DNA of 64,000 nucleotides from an uncultured Armatimonadia bacterium (GTDB taxonomy: Bacteria; Armatimonadota; Zipacnadia; CAVVLO01). The notes under the pieces are model-generated. The model saw only the letters and a program-made list of their open reading frames with translations. It had not been told where the DNA came from and made no database searches. Shown here one piece after another: positions 58,229-64,000 of this stretch (position 1 is its first letter; each line of letters opens with the position of its first letter). The stretch is taken from the NCBI GenBank assembly GCA_963749155.1, contig CAVVLO010000001.1:1-64000 (forward strand), written 5' to 3'. Position numbers and translations under genes: made by a program.

Positions 58229-61200
58229 TTAGTCCGGCGCCTCTTCCGCAATAAGCAGCCAACCCTTGGCAGGCTGGACAGGGATGGCTTCGTCCGGCGC
58301 GAACACCGCCTCAGGCTGGAAATGATCGATCGCCGGTGCGACCAGCTTCGTCTTCGCCGGATCGAGTCCGAGCGCTTCCCAGTCGATCTTCAGGCGCACC
58401 AGTTCGGCGCCGGTGCTGGAACCGGATTGCGGTGCTTCCACTGTGAAAGGCCCCTGGGCAGCAAGCTCGAGCCTCGCGAACCGGCTCGGGTCGTGGAAAC
58501 TGCCTGCAATCCGCGCCCAGGACGAGAGCTCGAGAGCGGGCGTCTGGCGCCCGCGCGCCAGGTTGAAGCCAAGCGTCGCCGGCTGGCCCGCGGTTAGCCC
58601 CAGTGCCGAGAGCGGTAGAGCCAACTCTCCCTCCCAGGCGTCAGCGGTGACGCGGGCCTGGTACTCGCAGGCGCCCTCCCAGGGGTCGTTCATATTGCGC
58701 GCGCGGAAGAGCGTCCCCAGCGCGTTGCCCACGAAGTGAAGGTAGTCGGGCCTCGCCATATCCGGTTGGAGGAACACCTCGAAGTCGTCGTCCTCCCACA
58801 CCGCGCCTGCCGGGTCGGTGATTGTGGCTTTAGGCGCCACGCCGCCAGTGTGACAGCGCCAGCCGATATAAAGCACGCCCTCTGCGCACTTGGCCCAGGC
58901 TTCGGTGGGTTGTTCGGGCGCGCCTCCAACGCCCACGCGGTCGAAATCCGTAAGCCGCGCCGCATCGGCCCATTCAGCCTCGTCAACTGTGCCATCTACC
59001 TTTGGCGCCGAGGCCGCAAGAGGCGCCTGGGCAAGGAGCCCGGCTTCTTCTTCGGGCCACTGAGCCAGCGCTATCAGCGACTTGCCGGGCTTGCGGTAGA
59101 CGGTCGCCAGCACACCGGGCTTGTCTGTCTTGACCGGGCAAGCGGGGTCCCAATAGCCCAGCCAGTCGGCGTCCTGGATGCCGAACTCGTCCCAGAAACG
59201 CCACATCGCAAAGGCTGAGGGATTCTGCCTGCCGGTCATCCCGTAAAGCATCCCGCGCCACTGGTTGCCGCCGTTCTCGTAGTTGAGCATCTCGCTCGTT
59301 AGCCCAAAGGGCAGGCCGCTTATCTCGACCAGCCAGTAGTCGGGCTTGCTGTTGTAGTCGTACATCTCGCCTATCCAGAGATTGCTAAAGTAGGGCAGAT
59401 GCTCGAGGTACTGGTTCAGCGGGCTGACTTTGGTGTCCATAAAGTCATAGTTATTGCCCGAGTGGAAGTTGATGCGGCTGCCCGGATCGGTGCGTTGCAT
59501 AACTTTGGCGATGCGTTTCATTATCTCGCGGTCATAACCGATACCATCGAGGTACAGGCCATCTATCCCCGTGTTTTGCATCAGCCAGCGCATTCCCTCG
59601 ACATAATAGTTATGCCAGCGTGAAAGGCCTACCTGGGCGATGGCGGCATCGGTGTCGCCACCCGGCAAAGGCTGACGCCAGGCGGGCACGTAGCCGGAGA
59701 CGAGATGCTCTTGCAGCCAGGGATAACCGCCTCCAGGCTGCCCGAAGAAGGTCTTCTCGACGCTGTAGACGTAGCTCTGGCCCACGTCGAAGATCTCTCT
59801 GCCCAGGCTGCGCAGCGCCCATAGCTCGGAGACATGGTTGGAAAGCTCTCTTACCGTGTAGTAGAGGTTGACGCCTTCCATCGGCGTGCGGGTGGCCGAG
59901 AAACGCAGCAGCGGGCCTTGCTCATCGCTGACAATCCCAGCTGCGCCAGTCACCTCGCCCGCAGGGCCGGCCTCTGCCCGACTCACCTGGGCCAGATCGA
60001 TATTGGTGAAAGCGTCCAGCAACAAGGTATGCTCGTCTGCGACGGGCTCGATCGGCTGCCCCTCGACATAAGGCGCATCTGAAAGCTTCAGCGCCGCCAG
60101 GTCAAAGCCGCCGTGGAAGGTAACCTTCACTCCAGTCAGCGAGTTGTCCAGGGTCCCCTCATAAGGCAGTTTGCCTATCAATTTGCCATCGACATAAATA
60201 GCGAATTCCTGCCCCCAGGAAAGCGTGAGCAGGTGGCGCTGGCCCTCGGCCCAGTCGTCCGACCTGGTGCCGAAGATGACGGGATACTGGTTGAGCGCGG
60301 GGTCGCCCTTGCGGATATAGGCGCGCATCCCATGGTCGTCGATGTTCCAGTAGAAACCGATGCCATCGCCATTGGGGTATTCGATGTGCAGCAAGTTCTG
60401 GTTGTAGGAGGTGGCCGGGTCGAAGTTCAGCCGCGCCCAGACGTGCAGACTGCCCTGTTTCGGATTGAAGCACTGCTCGGCCGGGTAGTCCACCTGACCA
60501 CGGTTGGTCAGAACGCCCTGACCTTTGGCGTAGTCTACGACTTCTTTCAGCGCGTCTACGGTCAGGAAGGGATAGTTGATATAGGGGTTGGCCGAGTTGC
60601 CGTGGTGGAGATGCACTATATTTCCACCTGATTCGGGCGAGGCATAACGCCAGTTCCAGTGGCCTGGGTCGAGGGGCTTCAAGGGGGTGACATAGAAGCG
60701 GAACCGCAACAGCAACTGCTCGCCGGCTGCCAGAGTCCTCGGCCCTGTGAAAGCGCGGAGGATAAAGGCGTCACCTTCCTCGCGCACAGTGGCGCCTCCC
60801 TGGCCGCCGTTGCCCCAGCTTTCAGGGACGCCACTCGCAAGGTTCATCAGGTTCCAGACGTCCTGGTTGTCCTGCAGGCTGACTTGCAACCCGGCGTCGA
60901 AATCGCCAAGCCACAGCTGGTTGTCGCAGCGGCGGGCGTCCCACTTCCAGTCCCAGCTCGCGGGGCGTTCACCGCCCCGGAAGGACAGCCCCATCATGTA
61001 GCGAGCGACCTCCTCGGCGACTGGCACCTCCAGCGCCAAATCGGTCAGGCTGGTCTGCTCGGTTGCGTCGAACTCCGCCCAGCAGTTGATGCAGCCATCC
61101 GCCTCGGTGCTGGTGGTCAGTGTCAGCTGCAGCCCGCCGCCGGTGGAGACCGTCTGGCGCTCTACCTTGCCAGGCGCCTGCTTCAGCAAGCGCGTCTCGC

Positions 61201-62500
61201 CCGCCTTCCATTCGATTGGCCCGGAGCTGGTGGATGCCACAAGCTTCACTGGTGAGTCCAGCACTTCGCGGTCATTGGCCTGGATGCTCCGCGGCAGGCC
61301 GACGGGATTGTAGGTGACCGAGCGCAGCACGAAACTCAGGGTAGCTCCTGCGACCTCAATCGGAGTAAAGGGCGAGATGACCTCATCGTCCAGCCCGAGC
61401 GTCGAATCAAGCCACGAGAGGCGCGCCATCCGCCACAAGTCATCAGTACCGCCGTTGGCGATCGGCTCGCCTGCGACAGTCAGGCTGACCGGGATAGTTT
61501 GTGCCGGCAGGCCTTGCGGCTTCAGCGTCAGCGTCCCCTCGTAAAGCCCCTTCGCATCTTCGGGCACGGTGATGCCTACCCACAGCGCGCGCACCTGACC
61601 TTCGCCAACCGCGAAAGTTGGCCTGATAGGTCTGCCAAGCCAGTCGCTACCCTCCAGGTTGAGGCAGGTTATTGCGGAAGCGGAGATATTACCGGATTGA
61701 CTGACCAGGTCAGAGCGTTCCAGTTCGACATCCGATATGGCCTGGCGGGCTGCCCAGAGGCCAAGCTGGAACCAGTAATTTTCTCCGGGGCGCGCTTCCC
61801 CAGAGAAACCCGCCGCTGGGCCAGTCTGAGTCCAACTGACAGGCAGGTCATCGGGCATCTTGACCTGCCGGGCGCGGTCCTCGGGAAAGACTAGATAGTC
61901 GGAATCGGGGTGCTTCGCGAGCAGCGCGGCGACCTCGTCCGCGGTCGCAACGACCTCCATCGGATCGAACCGGTTGAACTCTGTCCGCGCCTGCAACTCC
62001 AACACCTGCGCCTCGGGCAGCGTGGCTACTCCGGCTGCAGAGGGCGATGCGAGGCCTGTTGCCTCAAGCCAGGCGGCCTCGGCGGTGGCTTCGGGCTTAT
62101 AGTAAGCGCCAGCGTCATCGAAGTTGCCCTTCGGGGCGGTGTAGGGCAGGTAGTAGACCTCGTATAGCCCCGCGCCGGAGGTCGGCTGGAAGGCCAACTC
62201 GCCCACTTCGCGCGTGATGGAGAGGGCCACCACGTTCACAATCCGCTGGCCGGTCTGGGCATCAAACACCAGCACGGCTTTGCCCTCGGCATCTCGGTCG
62301 CGCCTGCGCCAGGGGATGCTAACCTTGACGGCCTGGGCCGCCTGGTCCACCTGGACCAGCGCGCGATGGTTGCCTCGCCCGTCCTCGTTCCACTGGCCGA
62401 CCGAGTAGTTCGCCAGATCAAGTGCCACTGCAATACCCCCAAAAATCGCCAACAAGCTGGCGAGTAACAGCAGTATTAAGGGTGCCGGAGCAAGTTTCAT
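58229..62500 (-). CDS. Large secreted DUF6067/GH123-like glycoside hydrolase with LamG and CBM9-like domains
   Basis: ATG 62500 after GGAGG; signal peptide; GNHRA, IPWRRRD, NPYINYPF, YYTVRELSN, SRWHNYYVEG, IDGLYLD, YWLVEISGLPFGL; LamG-like GSLHVW..HLLTLSW..IYVDG; CBM9-like APKVDG..EW..WEDDDFEVFL..WEGELALP..FHDP. Confidence 0.7.
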   Translation of the reverse strand: MKLAPAPLILLLLASLLAIFGGIAVALDLANYSVGQWNEDGRGNHRALVQVDQAAQAVKVSIPWRRRDRDAEGKAVLVFDAQTGQRIVNVVALSITREVGELAFQPTSGAGLYEVYYLPYTAPKGNFDDAGAYYKPEATAEAAWLEATGLASPSAAGVATLPEAQVLELQARTEFNRFDPMEVVATADEVAALLAKHPDSDYLVFPEDRARQVKMPDDLPVSWTQTGPAAGFSGEARPGENYWFQLGLWAARQAISDVELERSDLVSQSGNISASAITCLNLEGSDWLGRPIRPTFAVGEGQVRALWVGITVPEDAKGLYEGTLTLKPQGLPAQTIPVSLTVAGEPIANGGTDDLWRMARLSWLDSTLGLDDEVISPFTPIEVAGATLSFVLRSVTYNPVGLPRSIQANDREVLDSPVKLVASTSSGPIEWKAGETRLLKQAPGKVERQTVSTGGGLQLTLTTSTEADGCINCWAEFDATEQTSLTDLALEVPVAEEVARYMMGLSFRGGERPASWDWKWDARRCDNQLWLGDFDAGLQVSLQDNQDVWNLMNLASGVPESWGNGGQGGATVREEGDAFILRAFTGPRTLAAGEQLLLRFRFYVTPLKPLDPGHWNWRYASPESGGNIVHLHHGNSANPYINYPFLTVDALKEVVDYAKGQGVLTNRGQVDYPAEQCFNPKQGSLHVWARLNFDPATSYNQNLLHIEYPNGDGIGFYWNIDDHGMRAYIRKGDPALNQYPVIFGTRSDDWAEGQRHLLTLSWGQEFAIYVDGKLIGKLPYEGTLDNSLTGVKVTFHGGFDLAALKLSDAPYVEGQPIEPVADEHTLLLDAFTNIDLAQVSRAEAGPAGEVTGAAGIVSDEQGPLLRFSATRTPMEGVNLYYTVRELSNHVSELWALRSLGREIFDVGQSYVYSVEKTFFGQPGGGYPWLQEHLVSGYVPAWRQPLPGGDTDAAIAQVGLSRWHNYYVEGMRWLMQNTGIDGLYLDGIGYDREIMKRIAKVMQRTDPGSRINFHSGNNYDFMDTKVSPLNQYLEHLPYFSNLWIGEMYDYNSKPDYWLVEISGLPFGLTSEMLNYENGGNQWRGMLYGMTGRQNPSAFAMWRFWDEFGIQDADWLGYWDPACPVKTDKPGVLATVYRKPGKSLIALAQWPEEEAGLLAQAPLAASAPKVDGTVDEAEWADAARLTDFDRVGVGGAPEQPTEAWAKCAEGVLYIGWRCHTGGVAPKATITDPAGAVWEDDDFEVFLQPDMARPDYLHFVGNALGTLFRARNMNDPWEGACEYQARVTADAWEGELALPLSALGLTAGQPATLGFNLARGRQTPALELSSWARIAGSFHDPSRFARLELAAQGPFTVEAPQSGSSTGAELVRLKIDWEALGLDPAKTKLVAPAIDHFQPEAVFAPDEAIPVQPAKGWLLIAEEAPD

Positions 62501-62517
62501 CGGCCCTCCAGTAAAAC

Positions 62518-63657
62518 TCACGTCAGCGCGTTCGCCACCAGCGTAGTGACTGTGTTGCGCAGCTCATTGGTCTTCTCGTCGCTCTTTGGCGAGTTGGTCG
62601 TGATGAAGGCGACGGCCAGGTTGGTCTCGGGATCGGCGACGCCGATGACGGTGTTGATGCCTGCGTGGCCATAGGTCGCCTCGGACATGGCAGTTGGCAG
62701 ACCGAACCAGGGATTGGCACCCGGCCCGCGCGTAAGCCACCCAAGCGCCCAATATTCATGAGTTGGGGGCTGGCCCTTCGCCAGCGCCGACTGGATCTGT
62801 TCCAGATACTGCACGCGGTGCATCTCCTCGAAAGCTGACTCGGAGAGCAATCGGCCGCCCGGCCACTCGCAATGGTTGAGATGCAGGTTCAATAGCCGCA
62901 GCATATCGCGCGGCGTGCCCATTACTCCGCCCGCTGGGTGGCCAAGTACGCCGTAATGGGCTGAATCGAAGGGCGTCGGCAGGCTCAGAGGCTGTGGCGA
63001 GAGAGCCGCTCGGTCGGTTGGACCGGGCGTCTCGAAGCCAAAGGTCCCGCCCAGCGGCTCGAAGAGCAGCTTGCGCGCAAGCTCAGGCCAGGGGGTGCGA
63101 TTTGTGACGGCTCGGGCACATTCGGCGGCAAGGAAGAGGCCACTCAGAGCATGGTAGAAGGTGCGCGTGCCAGGCTCCCACTCGAGGTCTGTGCTGCAGA
63201 CGAGTTCTACGCCCTGATGCCAGAGTTCTTCTGTATCAACTGGGCCGAAAGGCACATTGGGCACACCCACCGAGTGGGTGAGGGCGTGGCGCAGCGTCGC
63301 CGTGTCCCTTCCACCACCTTTGAAACAGGGGATATATCGCGACAGCGGCGCATCAAGTTCAAGCAGGCCCTGATCTATCAGGCGCATCACGACGGTGGCG
63401 CTGACTACTTTGGAAAACGAGTAAAGGATATGTCTGGTGTTCCCCTTCATGGGGTTGTCGCGTCGGTAGCTGCTGCACCAGGTGCCCCAATAGCGTTCGA
63501 TGAAGAGCTTGCCGTTGCGCGAGGCCAGCAAGGCCGCGCCGGGGAACTCTCCGGTGTCAAATTGCGCGTCCAGATACGCCCCCGCTGCGGCCAGTTTGGT
63601 GGAATCCACCCCTGCCGCCTCGGGACTGACTTCCTCAAAGAGCTTGTTGATTTCCAT
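62518..63657 (-). CDS. Serine hydrolase, beta-lactamase class C / family VIII esterase-like
   Basis: ATG 63657 after AGAGGT; SxxK motif SFSK, LRHALTHSVG, WEPGT..YHA, YGHAG. Confidence 0.85.
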   Translation of the reverse strand: MEINKLFEEVSPEAAGVDSTKLAAAGAYLDAQFDTGEFPGAALLASRNGKLFIERYWGTWCSSYRRDNPMKGNTRHILYSFSKVVSATVVMRLIDQGLLELDAPLSRYIPCFKGGGRDTATLRHALTHSVGVPNVPFGPVDTEELWHQGVELVCSTDLEWEPGTRTFYHALSGLFLAAECARAVTNRTPWPELARKLLFEPLGGTFGFETPGPTDRAALSPQPLSLPTPFDSAHYGVLGHPAGGVMGTPRDMLRLLNLHLNHCEWPGGRLLSESAFEEMHRVQYLEQIQSALAKGQPPTHEYWALGWLTRGPGANPWFGLPTAMSEATYGHAGINTVIGVADPETNLAVAFITTNSPKSDEKTNELRNTVTTLVANALT

Positions 63658-63758
63658 ATTTACCTCTCTTGCAGGCTTGGTAGGTTGCGTGGAGTTCGCC
63701 TTCGGGTCACTTTTTACCTGCCTGATGAAAAAGGGCAAAGAAACTTTGAGGGAACCTC

Positions 63759-63793
63759 TTGCTTAGTTATGGAATTGTGGTATCATAATACCA
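63759..63793 (+). promoter_or_regulatory. Putative promoter with overlapping palindromic operator
   Basis: TTGCTT (63759-63764), 16-bp spacer, TG-g-TATCAT; inverted repeat TGGTAT-cata-ATACCA at 63778-63793 covers the -10 element. Confidence 0.45.
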
Positions 63794-63838
63794 GATAACT
63801 CGGGGAGAGGATCCCCTGACCTTGGGAGAGTGGCTCAG

Positions 63839-64000
63839 ATGGCAACCAAAGTGCTGCGGAAGATCATCGAGATAGATGAGGAGAAGTGTGACGGCTGCGG
63901 CCAGTGCGCTACGGCCTGCCATGAAGGCGCAATAGCAATAGTCGACGGCAAGGCCAAACTCGTCAGCGAGACTTACTGCGACGGGCTTGGCGCTTGTATC
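63839..64000 (+). CDS. 4Fe-4S dicluster ferredoxin-type protein (5' part only; runs off the window)
   Basis: ATG 63839 after GGGAGAG; MATKVLRKIIEIDEEKCDGCGQCATACHEGAI...YCDGLGACI. Confidence 0.85.
   Translation, partial: MATKVLRKIIEIDEEKCDGCGQCATACHEGAIAIVDGKAKLVSETYCDGLGACI

Noticed and set aside
62518..63657. Possible beta-lactam resistance gene
   Set aside because: No signal peptide and YHA rather than YxN; fits family VIII esterase-like hydrolases better.

Overview
A 64-kb window of GC-rich bacterial chromosome (roughly 60% GC by eye) with about 35 densely packed protein-coding genes. I saw no rRNA, tRNA, CRISPR array, transposase or phage genes. Most genes serve carbohydrate foraging: secreted, often multi-domain and poorly classifiable glycoside hydrolase-like proteins (GH20-, GH42-, GH101/129-, GH127- and DUF6067/GH123-like, DUF4838, a beta-helix protein, a LamG/TIM/malectin protein), a CE4-type deacetylase, a CehA/McbA metallohydrolase, a Gfo/Idh/MocA oxidoreductase, two sodium:solute symporters and a sugar ABC transporter whose permease is fused to its binding protein. 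A glycyl radical enzyme, a URO-D/MtaA-like protein and a 4Fe-4S protein suggest an anaerobic lifestyle (inference; taxonomy cannot be fixed from sequence alone). At least 15 single-base indels disrupt about 10 genes without in-frame nonsense codons, most simply explained by uncorrected long-read errors, so I reconstructed those genes across the shifts. The most interesting loci are: (1) DUF485-actP followed by a membrane-anchored PHP-Cache-PAS-CBS-GlnD-like nucleotidyltransferase (DUF294) protein, a candidate carboxylate-sensing writer/eraser signalling system; (2) a three-gene cassette of a YLDPGTGS membrane micro-protein, a kinase-like/methyltransferase (NoeA-like) fusion and a Thr-nucleophile alkaline-phosphatase-fold membrane transferase; (3) an OmpR-type two-component system followed by a secreted Gly/Gln-rich RDGSC-repeat protein; (4) a glycyl radical enzyme with an atypical GCNQ loop inside a glycosidase operon with no activase in the window. 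All family assignments come from motif recognition, not database searches.
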